Below, one piece after another: positions 25,764 to 39,589 of a DNA stretch of 64,000 nucleotides. Made by a program: the position numbers and the translations under genes. The notes under the pieces are model-generated. The model was not told the origin of the DNA. It saw only the letters and a list, made by a program, of their open reading frames with translations, and ran no database searches. Source of the stretch: Lama glama (taxonomy: Eukaryota); assembly GCA_028534125.1 (NCBI GenBank), contig CM052816.1, positions 76,324,001-76,388,000 on the forward strand. Direction: 5' to 3'. The number at the start of each line of letters is the position of its first letter. The first letter of the stretch is position 1.

Positions 25764-26346
25764 AGTAAACATTGATTTTAAGTGAAATGAAATGACTGCT
25801 TATAGAAACTGTTCAGACTTCTCTAGACACCATTATTTATCACAATCCTCAACCTTATCTGATCAATTACAGAACAGATAATGCTCTCGAACTAAAAAGA
25901 AAGCTTTGTTTTAATGTGTATATATTTAAAGATTAAGTTTCATCACTAACTTTTTTCCTATTTGGGAAGAAATATCATATGATCTCATTGCACAAAACAG
26001 TAAATTTATTGAATTATTTCTTAGCTGCAAACTTCAAAATGAATCCCAATGATGTATCTAATAAGTAGGAATCATGCTACGTAATTAAACAAAGAGCACT
26101 TGTTGAATTGATTCTCCTTTTGGACTCTGTATACTTGATTATAGTAATGAAAATGTCATTTTGCTATCTTTTGAAAATTACCAACCTCATGAAGGAAAAA
26201 AAAGGCATTGAAATGCAAGATTAAAAAAAAAGAAATGCAAGGTAAATGAGTATATCCACTTATAAAATTAGTATAGCTTTGTATATATGTATATATTTAT
26301 ATTCACACACAAGTGATTCTGCTATAATCATTCATGTGTAGCAAAT

Positions 26347-26692
26347 TTTTTTTCAGTAAAGATAGATTTATTTAGAGAAATACATACTATATAGAATGTA
26401 GGCTGTTTCAGAGGGTGAGAAAAAGGCCATGAGGTGTGGGGGTTGGGTGCTCAGGTTAAAGTAAAAGTAGATACACACTCCATAGACAAGAGTGCTTGCC
26501 ATCTCAGAAGACAGAGTGAGAGAGGCTGTGAAGCAGTTTGCTAGTTTTTATGGACTCAGTAGCTTCACATGCCAACAAGTGGGAGGACCATTCCAACTAC
26601 CCTGGGGAAGGGGCTGGGATTCCCAGGATTGGGCCACCGCCCACACCTTGACCTTTTATGGTCAGCCTGAAGCTGTCATGGCACCTGTGGGA
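26347..26692 (-). mobile_element. Polyadenylated LTR-like retrocopy with 13-bp TSD
   Basis: TSD atgtgtagcaaat at 26334-26346 and 26693-26705; T8 tract; minus-strand AATAAA at 26367-26372; ERV1-LTR-like body. Confidence 0.85.
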
Positions 26693-26714
26693 ATGTGTAG
26701 CAAATATTTTTGAT

Positions 26715-26900
26715 GACAAGATCAGTATTACTGATTTTTCCTTTCGCCTCAGGTTTTAATATGACTCTATAGGGCATTATTACTAATTTTACTGTGATAT
26801 AGCCTTTTGAGGTTTTGTTCAGTATGGGCTTGTTTGAATTCATTTTGATTTTTTAAAAATATATTGTATTAAAATATTATTCATATTGATAACTAAGACA
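26715..26900. mobile_element. Ancient hAT-like DNA transposon fragment
   Basis: ttttcctttcgcctcagg...ttttgattttttaaaaatatattgtattaaaatattatt resembles hAT-Tip100-group elements. Confidence 0.4.
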
Positions 26901-27494
26901 ATGTTTGTTTGCTTAATCTCTGCCACTCTTTATAATATAGATCCCCAGTACTGAGTTCTGTGGTTGATCATCATGCTTGCTTTGAAGTACGTGGTCCTGC
27001 CTATGGTGGATGCCTAACTTCCTGCTTCCTGCAGGCATCTGAATTTGTGATCCCTGCTTTGTTCCTTAAATTTTGGAAAGTTGCTTAGTCCACAGCACTA
27101 TCAAGTAAATTTCCATGGCAATACAAATTTCAGAAAGAATCATCTGTGTGACCTTTTCACTTGGACACTTAACTGTTGAAGATCACTCTTTAAGGACTTT
27201 GATGGTTTTGATTCTTGAAGTTTCTAATGACTGATTTTAATGGTAATTTTAGAAAAAAAACACTGAATAAGTGTTTAATAATCTGTGAGATAATAAAGGA
27301 CTAGCATTTCAATAACTTTAATAACTTTTGTTGTATTAGTTACTTGTTCTTTGATATTTTTGCCATGAAATGGCTTTACGATTAGACTGATCACCTTTGG
27401 AACAATTGATATGGAGATGAGATGGTGTAAAAATGTGGGCAGATGCATCTGATACTTTCCTGTTTATGTTGTATCTGAGGCCCTTTTATTCCTC

Positions 27495-27940
27495 TTTTTT
27501 CTTTTTTTAAATTGAAGTATAGTCAGTTTACAATGTTGTGTCAATTTCTGGTGTACAGCTGTATGTACAGTCATACATGTACATACATATATTTGTTTTC
27601 ATATTCTTTTCCAGTATAGGTTACTACAAGATATTGGATATAGCTCCCTGTGCTATACAGTAGAAGCTTGTTGTTCATCTGTTTTATATATAGTAGTTAG
27701 TACCTGAAAATCTTGAACTCCCATTTTATCTTCCCCCCAACCCCGGTAACCATAAGTTTGTTTTCTATGTCTGTGAGCCTGCTTCTGTTTTGTAAATAAG
27801 TTCATTTGTGTCTTTTTTTTTAGATTCCGTGTATAAATGATTTCAAATGGTATTTTTTTTTCTCTTTCTGGCTTACTTCACTTAGTATGACGATCTCCAG
27901 GTCTATCCATGTTGCTGTAAATGGCATCATTTTATTCTTT
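27495..27940 (-). mobile_element. 5'-truncated L1 3' end
   Basis: T-tract followed by attgaagtatagtcagtttacaatgttgtgtcaatttctggtgtacagc...ccatgttgctgtaaatggc. Confidence 0.95.
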
Positions 27941-28549
27941 TTATTTCTTTTTAACATTGATTAATATTACCTGTCACCACCACAAACTCAATGTGGCTCA
28001 AGGTGTCATTTTTCATAGAAATTAGAAAAGGGCATCTTTAAATAGGGGATAATGTTAAAAGCATTAGAAATTTTAACTCAAAATGATTATTTCATCTTAA
28101 TTTCATATATAGAGAGCAATGTGGGCAGGTAGGCTTGTAAGAATTTATAAGAATGAATCAAATGGTGCTTAACCTTAAACAGACTTATGGAAACCTAATT
28201 CCTGTTTAATAAAATAGATTAAGACACTGTGGAAAGTCTTGCCAATGAAATGAACTCTGTCTTCCTTAGGGATGTGCTGCATCAGTAACCAACCAACATG
28301 CCAAAATGTAGGATTTCCAGTGATTGCAAAATACATTGTTGCATTTTAAACTGCTTATGTTGAAAACTTAATCTCCTTTAACCAAGAATAGTAGTGGTTT
28401 TCCTAGGCATGGCATGTTACATTTAAAATATTTATCCATACCTTAAAAGTCTTTCTCTCTCACCTCTACTAACCTGATACCTCAAGGTATCCAGTTTGAC
28501 ACCTAATTTATGGTAGGGTCTTTCTGAAATCTAATTTGTAAAACTGTTA

Positions 28550-29575
28550 GATGTAATTGGTCACTTCTTCCTTCAACAAAGGCATTTTTAATTGCCTCTG
28601 GTTACTTCATACTGTTGGTTTTCCTTTGACTTCATTGGTTAACCTTGGTTGTTTATTTTCTATAGGATCTTCTCTTAAATCATAATGTTGCTCAGAATTT
28701 TGTCTTTGACTCCTCTCCTTCCCTTTCCTCCCCTGATTTTCTCACTCTATGCACTGCCTCTTGGCAATGCTACTCTCACAGGCTATATGCTCATGACTTC
28801 CTAGTCCACATCTCTAGCTCAGAACCCTCCCCTTAGAGCCATCTGTCTACAGCTGCATAAAGAATCTCCCCTTGGATGTGCTTTGCACATTCACGTTCAA
28901 TCCCAATGTGCTCTTCCTCTGAGTTTTTCGATTTTAGTAAACAATTCATATGCCCACTTTCCCAAAACAACAACCTGAAGGCTATCCTGAATCCTGTCCT
29001 GTAATCATTCCATCAAATTCTGTTTTCCTCAGTAAGCTCTCAAATTTCTCTGCTTTTTGCAATTACCATACCACCACCTTCATTTTTCTCCATTATTTCT
29101 CAAATTACTAGAGCAGTCTTCTAAATCTTGCCTCCCTGCCTCGAGTTTTGTCACTCTCCAAACCCATTCCACACTTCACCCAGGGTAATGTTTCTGAAGG
29201 GCCTTTCCGGAGGTCTTCTCAAATTCACTTCTTCCCACTTCTCAGCCTTATCTCTCCTCTCCATCCAGAATCTCCCTCTTTCCTGTTAAAGCTACAGTCA
29301 AACCTATTCTTCCCTATCACTTCATCCAGGCCTTTGGCTGTACTTTTCCTTGTATAGAATATACTCTCCATCCCTCTTCCCTGGGATAACCTCCCCTTGC
29401 TCTGTAGATTCAGTCTCAGAGTCCCACTTTATGGTGAGAAATCTTGACCAGTAATCCATCAGTGCCTTGGCTGGTCCCCCTCTCTGCATCCAGGAGACTT
29501 TGTTCATCTTGTCATTTCATTATTTCCATCAGATTCCTTGTCTGCTTTCCCAAACGGAAGATCCTAAGGGTAGTA
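28550..29575 (+). mobile_element. L2 LINE fragment
   Basis: CT-rich L2 motifs: tctctagctcagaaccctccc, tctccccttggatgt, aggcctttggctgtacttttcct. Confidence 0.7.
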
Positions 29576-30199
29576 GATAGAGATGGGCAGCAATTCTGAT
29601 CGTATATATAAAGTTCTGCCAAACTTCTAAAGGAAAGGTTTTGAAAGAGCAGATTCTCAGAAATCTACTGAGATGACTCCTAATCATAGTTGGGAGCAAA
29701 ATGATTGAGTTTGGGGTCCTGCTGGAAACGCAGAGCAGCTGTACTCAGCAGTGGAAACAGCCAGCTCACGTATTGTGTCACGTCATACTGCACATATTTT
29801 TAGCTTTTCGTTACTTGGTGATTTGTTTTGAAATATTTTTCTTGTTTCTCCCATTCATTTTAAGCTCCTTGTGCTGGGAGACTTTAATCTCTATGAGATA
29901 TAACATTAGAGGTCAGACTTCAGAGTCTGAGAATTGGATTCCAACAATCCCATGTAAACGTGTCGATGAAGTGACCACAGAAGGATAATCAGTGAGATAA
30001 AAATGGATTATAACTGAGAAATACAGTTTGGGGGAGAGACTAAAAAATTAAATAAGTGTGTTTTAAAGAAAATGAATTTGAAATTTTTATACTGGAAAAA
30101 ATGGAAAGTAATGTTAGTTTCAAATTGCATATATTATATTTAATTCATGATTTAAATAAATATATTTTCAGTGTTGTGAGCCATGTGGTCCACTAACGG

Positions 30200-30500
30200 T
30201 ATCATCCTGACCATCACTAGGGTTTACTGGGAACAATTACATCTGGATTTTTTGGCCCACATATTTGACCTCCAATACTATTCTCCATTTATAGGAATCA
30301 AGTATCTTCGGAGAGTAGCTGATTCCATGTTTTAGGGTGGGCAAAAGTCAATAATGGCTTGTTAAAATCTTGTTATCATTAGAAATCAAGTGTGATTTCA
30401 AAAAATCTCAGAGAATACAAAAAGGTAATACAGTCAGCTTCAAGTGCTCCTAGGTCAATTTGCGATGATCACACATCTCATACAGAATCATAATGGTGGT
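30200..30500 (+). mobile_element. L1MC-type 3'UTR fragment
   Basis: aatactattctccatttataggaatcaagtatcttcggagagtagctgattcca matches the motif seen antisense at ~21720-21860. Confidence 0.45.
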
Positions 30501-30889
30501 TAAATGCGAAGCTGAGGTTGTGATATGAATCATAATGATGCCTAAAAAAGAAAAAACTTAATAGAGCATGTTGCAGGGTTTTTGAAGTATACAAGAAGGG
30601 TGACTATATTAGGATATGTCTAATCTAAAACTTATTTTGGTGAACAGAAGAGTTTTAACATATATGCGTATTTTATATCTTTTATTAAGTACATACCAAT
30701 TTATAAGATATCAGTTGAATTCTAGCTGTATAAGTAAGATTGTAAAAGGTTTTATTTGCAAGTACTACATAAAAAGGCTATAGAATTCCTGGACATTTCA
30801 GATATTTAAATTGGGTTGTGTTTGTTTCCTCATTGGTACTTTTGTGAGATCCTCCAAGGCCCGTGGTGAGGACATTAAGCTATCTTGTG

Positions 30890-31620
30890 TGTGTGATGTT
30901 GGTTACCCATCTTCCTCCAGCTGGCTGCTTCCCCTACCCTTAGTGTGCTTTTCTGGTGGCCCAATAAGCAGAGACTGTCTTCTCTGGGGCCCCATTGTCA
31001 CTTCAGGTGCCCTCTTAGGCAGCATTCAGAAAGGCTCCAGATCTATTTATACTCACCTATGTGGCTCCACATCTGGTTCATGGGAACTTATCATCCATCC
31101 TTGCCTTGAAAACTTTGGGAGCCAAACTGCCCAACGCAGCCACCTTTGCTTTCTCCTTTGCTTCTGCTACTAGAACTTCTAGCCACTGGTTGCTCCCTTG
31201 TAACTTTCTTGGCAGGTTTCACAGTAAGCTGCAACACCCCCTAACTGCAGATAGTACTCAGCAACTTTGAGAAATTCCATTGAAACCCCTCTTTCTTGAC
31301 TTGTGTTGAGGGGGTAGAACACTCAAGTCCCCCTATTTGTTGTGTTAGATAGGAGGACTTAGGGCAGAGCTATCTCTCAATAACTTCTTTACACACAACT
31401 CACATCTCTTTTCTGTCTTCAGTCTCTGAACTATTTTTATGTCCTCAACCTGGGCAGGGTCTCAATTTGTTCTTCTTTGACCATCCTTTTCGAAATGTCT
31501 GAATGGCAATCCGTTTCCCACCTCATTTTGGTATCTGAAATCTATTGCCATTGGCTCTCAGATACAATTTCATTTTAATATCCTATTAGCATTAAAGTTT
31601 CTCATAATGCTAGCACATCG
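30890..31620. mobile_element. Possible ancient LTR element
   Basis: GC-elevated, C/T-rich block with LTR-like composition; family not established. Confidence 0.3.
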
Positions 31621-32074
31621 AGTAGGTATAGGGAACAGCAAGAGAATGGGTTTGGTAACTCTGACCAAATGAAACTTTAAAAACACGATTTCAAAAAAAG
31701 ACACCAGGACTTACACTCATCGTTAGTCACTCAAGTTTGCATCACTGTGATCCTATGTTGTGACCACGAATTGACTGCTTGGTAACACAAATCCTATGCC
31801 CTTCGTGGATTTAAAACAATATAATTGAGTGATGTTAGGAGCTGGGAGAAGTCTTGTAAGATTGCTGTCATCTAGAACAGTATTGAAATGCTTATTATTG
31901 TAAACAACCTAAAATTATAAGGGTAGAAATAACGAAGAGAAAACCTACAGCATTGATAGTTTTAAAAAGTAATACATTTTGTAGTTATAATATTTGTGTA
32001 TGTTTTGCCTGCTATTTTCAGTGTTACAGAGAAATAGTCATGTTAAATTTCTAGGGCTTTTTTTTTTTTTAAGG

Positions 32075-32550
32075 ATATAGTTAGTGGAAATTGCCAGCCT
32101 TCCTTAGTATCTATTCTCACTTCCTTCTTATTTTTAGTAATGAAATCCTCAGACTTTAAGGTGGCACATGCCCAGCTGGGAAGTACATTTTCAATCTTCC
32201 TTGTTAGTGGGGCTATGCGACTAAATTTGGGTCAAAAGCCTAGAAACAGACTTACGTTTGTAATTTATGGATCATGTTCAACTTAAAGACAAGCTTCTTA
32301 CCTTGGACTTCCTCTTTCTGCCTGCAGGTGGGAAAGTAAAGTTTCCGTGACTCAGGTTCTGCCAGAGAGCGATGGATAATACCCTAGGCTTAGGAGGAAC
32401 TTGTGTTCCTCAGTGGTCTTGTGGAAGAGTTGGCCCACTAGCTGGAACAGGTGGAATGTCATGTAAGAAAGAAATACATATGTGTTTTAATTTAAGACCT
32501 TGTATTTTCAGCTGTTTTTCCTATAACATCTTTGCTTTTACCCTCAAAAA
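32075..32550 (+). mobile_element. MaLR LTR (MLT1J-like)
   Basis: tatctattctcacttccttc...acattttcaatcttccttgttagtggggctatgcgactaaattt...gtaagaaagaaatac. Confidence 0.65.
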
Positions 32551-32573
32551 TAGAGTAGAGTTTAATTAATTAA

Positions 32574-33091
32574 GTAGTCTGGTTATCTACTGTTGTGTGA
32601 CAAAACCACCCCAAAATTTAGTGGTTTAAAAAAAACTTCTTATGACCTCTTATAGATCTGTGGGTTGATTTAGCTCAGGCTGGTTAGTTCTCCTACAGGA
32701 TCTCTAATATTGCCATCAAATAGATACAGAGGTTAGAGTCATCTGAAGGTTTAACTGGTTTGGACGTCCAGGAAGGCTTACTTACATGACTCGAAGTGAT
32801 GGTGGCCAGGAACTCAATTAGAGTTGATACTGAAACTGGAGCAGCTCTATGTGGCCTCTCTGTGTAGCTTAGGCTTCTCAGAGCATAATGTCTGGGTTCC
32901 AAGAGTGTATATTCCAAGAGCCATGGACAGAAGAGCCATGGCTTCTTATAATTCATCTTTGGAAGTCCCAGAGCATCACTGGTTGGTCATCAAGGCACTA
33001 AGGCCACTTGAGATTCAAGGTAAAAGGGATTAGACTCCATTTCTCGATGGGATAAGTATCAAAGGATTTGCAACTATCTTTAATCTACCAC
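32574..33091 (-). mobile_element. MaLR LTR (MLT1G/H-like)
   Basis: ttatctactgttgtgtgacaaaaccaccccaaaatttagtggtttaaaa ... tctttaatctaccaca. Confidence 0.8.
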
Positions 33092-35334
33092 GTTAACTAC
33101 ATGAGCATTTTGCCCCAGAGACTGTCTAAAATTTTCTCAGTATCTTAATAAATTATTTTTCTACATCAAACCTATTTTATACAGCAAACTTCAATAAATT
33201 AATCATTAATTACATTACAACAGTGGTTAGTATTCCTTTTCATGACACAAAATTACCATAGACACTAAATAAGCTTAGCAACAGTTAAACTGATTAACTT
33301 TATATCAGAAGAAAATAAAACACAAAGAAACTAAATTATATGAATGAAATACCAGAGAGCCACTGTCAAGCAGTGCTATGACTCTTAGTTAACCTTTTTG
33401 AGATGCTGGAATAAATGCCCAGATCATCTCATTTCTTCTTCAAAAACCCAATGAAGTATGTTCTATGATTGTGCAACTGCATAATTGTACTATTGTAAAT
33501 TTACATTCATGAGGAAATGAAAGTTTGGATTAAATAAGTTGCCTAAAGTTCCAAGGATTAAAAATGGCTGAACTCAATCCAGGGTTCAGGGGCTAAATCA
33601 CAAGGCTAAACTTGGATCCTGACAGCTCTATTTTGAACAAAGATTGTCTTTCACACTCTCCTGTGTGGTAATAACATGATTAAGGAAGTTTCTGCTTCAT
33701 GTGTTTTTTTAATATTGACTTTTCATATCAATATGTGGGTACTTTCTTCCTCTTCTTTCTTATGAGTAATAGACAAACTAACATTTTTCAGTGCCTCCAA
33801 TTATATCTTGTACTTGTTAAGATTAATTTTATAAAGTTTAGAAATAATTACATAGAAAAATTACACTATAGTCAGGAGTCAATTATTATTTACACCTTGA
33901 ACTGCTTTAGTTGTCTTTCCGCTCATATTTTCTCCATTACATGTTTACATTGCATTTATCATTTTGTGACCTGCTTTGTACTTTTGTTTACCACATAATA
34001 AACATGCTCTAATGTTATTGAAAACATTCTAAACACCATATAAAAAACTTTTGTAGTAAAGGACAGCTCAAACATACACAAAAATAGGATCATACAGTGA
34101 ACCCACTGTACTCATTACACAGCATTAAAATGGCTAATATTTCATCTGAAACTTTCTGTTTCCCTTAGCTTCAGTCACTATATTATTTCACCTGAACATT
34201 ACTTTCAATATTTGATTGTTTTCAATCTTATCATGAATCATATTCTGCTTATATTAAAAAATCTGATTATAATTGGAATCTCTTCACTGCGTTCCTGACC
34301 AGAGCATCCACACTGTTCTGTGATTATATTAAGAAGAAAAATATTATCAGTGCTTTCATGTGAACACCTGTGCCATCTGTGGCTTCCTGTAATTAACTTC
34401 CGTGCTGCTGAATCCTCAACAAGATTCTCTATATTTACATGACACATTGACATGCAAAACATATCAGATTAATGAAAAAGCAAAGCTCTGGTATTAATCA
34501 GGTTTGAAACTATAAAGTCTGCAACTGGTAATTTTGAAAACACAATAAATTACAGAGATAAAGACACATTTGAGAGTTCTGATGCTAGCATCAGAAAGTG
34601 AACCCACTTTTCATCTTAAAATATTAACAGCTCCACACTGTAAAATCCTTCTTTTCATTGTAGATTCATTTTAACCCTTCCATTGGCCCTCACCTTTGCC
34701 CAAGAGAGTATTTATCAAGCTGATATATATCTCTTGTCCAGAATGAAGCTAGTGAAAAATGCCTGCCTTCCAAATGCTGCCACAGAGGCTTTGCTAAAAT
34801 TCTCTCAATAATCCTTTGGGAAACAAAAACATCAGCAAAAATAATTGAGAAAAAAATGTCTCTGTGACAAGAACTAGAGATTGTTTATGAGGTAGAAGAA
34901 TGTCTGAGAGCCAATTGCAAGGACATTTGGTTCTATGACCGTAAGCGCAAGTCTGTCAACAACTCCATTTAAAAACTAATTTCTTAAAGGTTTACAGCTC
35001 TGCTGATTCAGTTCCCATGGGTCCCAATCTGACTTTAAAAAGTGGTGATCTGAAATCACATTTGCCAATCCATTTGAGCTGAAGACTTAAGAAAAAAAGG
35101 ACACTAAGTGAAATATTTTACTCTGGAGCATATTTGCCGTTTCTCCAGTAATTACTTCTGTAAATTGTGTGCTCATTCTATACTTTATACACAACTTAGG
35201 AGTTATTTTTATATTGTTGGTTCACCTTGCACCTAATTCTTATCCTCTCACTGCAATCCACTGGGTACATGAATGTTGAGATTGCACTCATAGCCCATGT
35301 ACCCACCAGTGTTACTTGGTTCCTATGATTGTTG

Positions 35335-35560
35335 TTAATAAACAATAGTACTTTCTTACATGTATTGAATGCCTACTATGGGCAAGGCCCTGTACAAACC
35401 TCACCTCAGATCTTCACCCTGCCACCATGCAGGGTGGATGTTATTGTTTCTTATAACAGAGAAGTTAACTGAGCATCAGAAAGATTAGGAAACCTGCCTA
35501 TGGTTACCCAGGTGTTTGGGTTTGGGAGAGAATAGTTTTGTCTGAATACAAGGCCTATCT
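35335..35560 (-). mobile_element. MIR
   Basis: tattgaatgcctactatgggcaaggccctgt...aactgagcatcagaaagattaggaaacctgcctatggttaccca. Confidence 0.65.
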
Positions 35561-35979
35561 GTTCTTGAGTATTTTCTGAATAGGTGATAGAAGTATTTTG
35601 CTCTAATCATGTTCCTATCCTTATGCTACTTGTCCTATTGATATAATAAAAGATTAATTTCACTTACATCATTGGCCTCTTTAAGTGAAAAATTTATAAT
35701 TCAACTAAAGTATATTAAATTGTGTCTTTATTTACAGATACATAAAAATTGTATTTAGAAGTCTTTAAAAATCGTTTAATGTAATACAAAAAAGTTTTCT
35801 TATTCTTTCAATACTTTATGTTCTAAGTCTAAAATAATTCAGTACCCTGTCTTCGCCAGAGGAAGACCTAGAGCTTAGCAATTGTCATCTGAACTCTGCT
35901 CCAAGTCAACTTCCAAGTCTAGAATTTTGACTCTAATTTTATAAAAAAAAATTAACTGTCCATAGTAACTATTTTTTTT

Positions 35980-37100
35980 AATAATTTCACTTACCTTTGT
36001 TTCTTATATTTCTTTGCTTGGGATCATGGTTCTTAATGAAATACTTCTCTAGAAATCCTTTTTTGCTCTTCTGTAGGTATCAAAACCCATTTGTTCCTCT
36101 GTGTCTGAAATGTCTTGATTTTGTCATGAGAAATTTGAACTGGCTATGGAATTTCTCCTGAACATTTATTGTTGCTATTGATAAGTCTGCTGTCAATCTA
36201 ATTGCCGTTTTCATATAGGTAAAATTTCTTTGTTGGAAAATATTATTCCAGAGATAACTTTTGCAATTTTTTTCTTTTCTTTGATGTTCTGAAATTTCAC
36301 TTCAGTATGTTTAGATGTAGATTTATTTATGCTTCTTGGCAGTTGTTATTCACTTTTTCTCTGAGAAAACATCTCTTTAAAATTCTGAAAAACACCAAAT
36401 AAATGTTCCTTTTCATACTGCCTTCTTATCAACTCCTCTTTTCCAAAACCTAGAGCCCCTTTTAGGCATATGTGGGCTGGTTTCCGCGTCTCTTAACTCT
36501 ACTGTCAAGAATTAAACATAATTTTATCTCTCTGTATTGCCTATATTACTATCACTCAGTTTACTAATTATCTCTTCACCCTCCTAGTTTATTTTTTTGT
36601 CCATTGACTTATTTATTTCAATGTCAAAAATATTTTTTATTCCCTGGATTTCAAATTGGTTCGTTTTTGATTCATAGCCACTTGCTTTTTTTTCCCTAAA
36701 TACTATTCTTTTTTTATGAATATAACCATATTCATTTTTTTTATCTCTGTTAATATATCAAGTAGGTTTAAGTTTCAGACTGCTATGATATTTCTAGTTT
36801 CTCAGGAGTAAATTTCCTATTTGTAAAATATGTAAGTTATCTTTCATGACCTTAGTTTTCACCATGTGGTACAAAATTTTAGTTGGCAAGATTTTCCAAG
36901 CCTTTCTTTTTAACCCCTGTACCAATGCCTATTTTTCCATATCTACTGTTTTTTCGATTGTTTCTACTCAACCAACTCCTGATGTGGGCTTTAGGTTGGT
37001 GGTTTGCCTGAGAATCCTTGTTCCCTCCCCACCAGATCCTCTCTCCACATTTTATTCTGACACTAGCCCATTGAAATAGTGATTTTGGTTTTGAGTCTGA
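35980..37100 (-). mobile_element. Ancient L1M/HAL1-like fragment
   Basis: ttgctattgataagtctgctgtcaatctaattg and gatgttctgaaatttcacttcagtatgtttagatgtag are antisense ORF1-type motifs. Confidence 0.55.
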
Positions 37101-37599
37101 CTGTATTTTAAATATCTAAACAAGATAAAGATATTTTTAATTTTTAAAAGATTTAATCTATTCAATTAGATTATCTTTTATACATGGAAACAAAAGCTCA
37201 TGAACCATCTTGAGCAGAAATTTCACATTGACATTAGTTAGACTCATAAAATCACATAAAGTTACAGAAAACCCTTTCATTTCAAATTCAGAAAGGACGA
37301 GTAACTTATAGAATGTCACACATTTGGTGAGTGGAAGATAGAAAACTACAAACCAAATTTTTTTGACTTCTCATTTCTCTCCTATACTTGATCCTCCTTG
37401 TATGAAATAAATGCTCACTAACTTCTGCTGAAAATAAAGACTGTTGTTATTTTCATTGACAGAAAAAGTTGTCTCACAGTATCTTCAATTGTAGGTTAGT
37501 TGTGGTCCATAAGGGTGATCTGGACGATACATATATTTGTTTGGCCCACTTAAGAGTTACTATTTTTACAAGGTTGCTACTACTACAAATGAGAGATTT

Positions 37600-37790
37600 G
37601 AAAAAAAAGGGGAAAAAATAGCCTATAACACTTGGAAACAGTAATCCACAATCTAGCCTGGCAATAATTACCCGCAGATGAGTAGCACTTTGTTTAGGTA
37701 GAGTATTGTTGCCAGTTCACCAGTCCCCACTTAGCTGCCTTACTCATTCATACTCTTCGCTTATCTCCTGAGTTACTGATTCCTGATCTA
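37600..37790. mobile_element. MER102-like hAT-Charlie fragment
   Basis: ttgccagttcaccagtccccact...cttactcattcat...tgagttactgattcctg resembles a MER102 end. Confidence 0.4.
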
Positions 37791-39589
37791 AACTTTCATG
37801 GTGTTGTAACACAGTCACTGAATTTTCACGTCTTTGAATTAAAATGCAAAATGTCTCTTAACAGTAGTGACTTATGAATATCTACCATAAACAATTTATT
37901 ACACATTAGTTTTATTAGATTAAGTATTTTCCAGCAAAATACTTTGTAGCAAACATATTTTCAAGCACTCTGGGGAGTGAGTAGGGGGCAGATGCAGGAG
38001 TTCTGCAAAGTTAGACAACAGCAAAGAGGCCATGGTCACCTGGCGAGCAGATACGTAAGAGAGTGTGGGAGTCAGACAAAGAGAACAGAGGGTACTGATG
38101 GCATGTTTCACTTTCTTTCTAATTGTGCTGGACATTCACCTTAAAGCCTTTGCCCCACTCCTGGACAACATCAGTCCTATGTCACCTCCCTGCCCCTTTT
38201 CCAAGAGGGTACACATACTTGTGGGTCTTGGGGGTCTCTCTAAAACTCAGTTCCAGGGCTCAGGTACCTTGAGCTTGAAGGAACTCTTTGTTTGCTTTCT
38301 GTACTGAGAGCTGCCCTTCTTGTTTCCATGGGGGCAAATTGAGTGTCAAGTATTAGAGGCATTACAATGCAAATCAGGCAGCAGCCAAAAAAAATATCAT
38401 TTTAGTGGTGGCTGTTTAAACAGGTAGCCCTGTTTGTTGCAGAGCTAATCAGGAAATAGTATTCTGATTCTTTCATCTTTTCTTGGTGTAACTTGGCATA
38501 AGACCATACAGTTACTAATCTGTTCTTGAAATTTCCATTTGTGCAATCGTGATCATACATTCAGATTCTGAATGTCATTAGCCAAACCTAAACGTAATTT
38601 GGGCTTTCTGCTTCGTGGCTATCCTTCGCTTATTATTTTGGAAATCACCAGTTTGACTTCTAGTATATTTCTATATATGTTCATGCTGAAAAATGAACTG
38701 TCACAGACATTTCAATGATAACATAAATTAGGTCTACCCAGCATAAGCCCAGTGTTTTTGGTGGATAAGTAACCAATTAGTCATAACAAAATGACTTACC
38801 CTTCTGTCTAGCTGGCACTGGAGTTAAAGTTCTAAGATTTAGGTCATGAATCATCAAGATGTTGATGATTCTTCCCCCAAATAATAATCAGGGAAGAGAA
38901 ACAGCAAATACAGAACAATACTTAGGATGTCTTGATGTCAGGAATGGAATAGTCTAAGCTCATAGGAAAATTCCCATTAGCTTAAAAGCTGACAAGTACT
39001 TTATGTCACTTTATCATATACACATTCCATGGCATTACTTAATTTTTCTTTCTGATCTTTTTAGCTCTGGGTATTGTTTCCAAGTCTTCATGGCCTGAAT
39101 GACAGTTTATATTGTCTTCAACAGAAAAATCAGCCCACACTTTAGGTAGACTGCTTGGAAAATACGTATCTATCAGTTGATGTTGGCTGCATTTCTTTTT
39201 TCCTTTGACTTGGCTTGGTTAACATTTCTCTCATGTTTATCTTAGGAGATATATGCCCTAGCAGAATGCAAATTAGAAGCAGGGAGAGTTCTAAGCTAGT
39301 TTCCATTTGGTATTTTAAAATAACATACTAGTTTTATAGCTTTGAATAGTTTAAGATGTATGCCTTGGGACTCAGGTTTTTACATTCATTTATTACTTCT
39401 ACTAGATTCTGTTATAGGTGATAGTAATGAAGATTATTTTAATCATTTTACTAAAAGTGAATTGCAAGCCAATTAAGCGGTGATGAGATTTTGTGTATTT
39501 ACTGTATGCTTTCACATAAGAAGACGTTGAAATCCTTCCCCTCTGCTGCTGTTCCATGAGTGTTTGTACTCAGATCATTAAGGATAAGG

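Noticed and set aside
30172..30198. Possible exon ttttcag|TGT...ACG|gtatca (CCEPCGPLT) that would follow exon D in its alternative frame
   Set aside because: The donor is weak and the segment abuts, and probably belongs to, an L1MC-type fragment.
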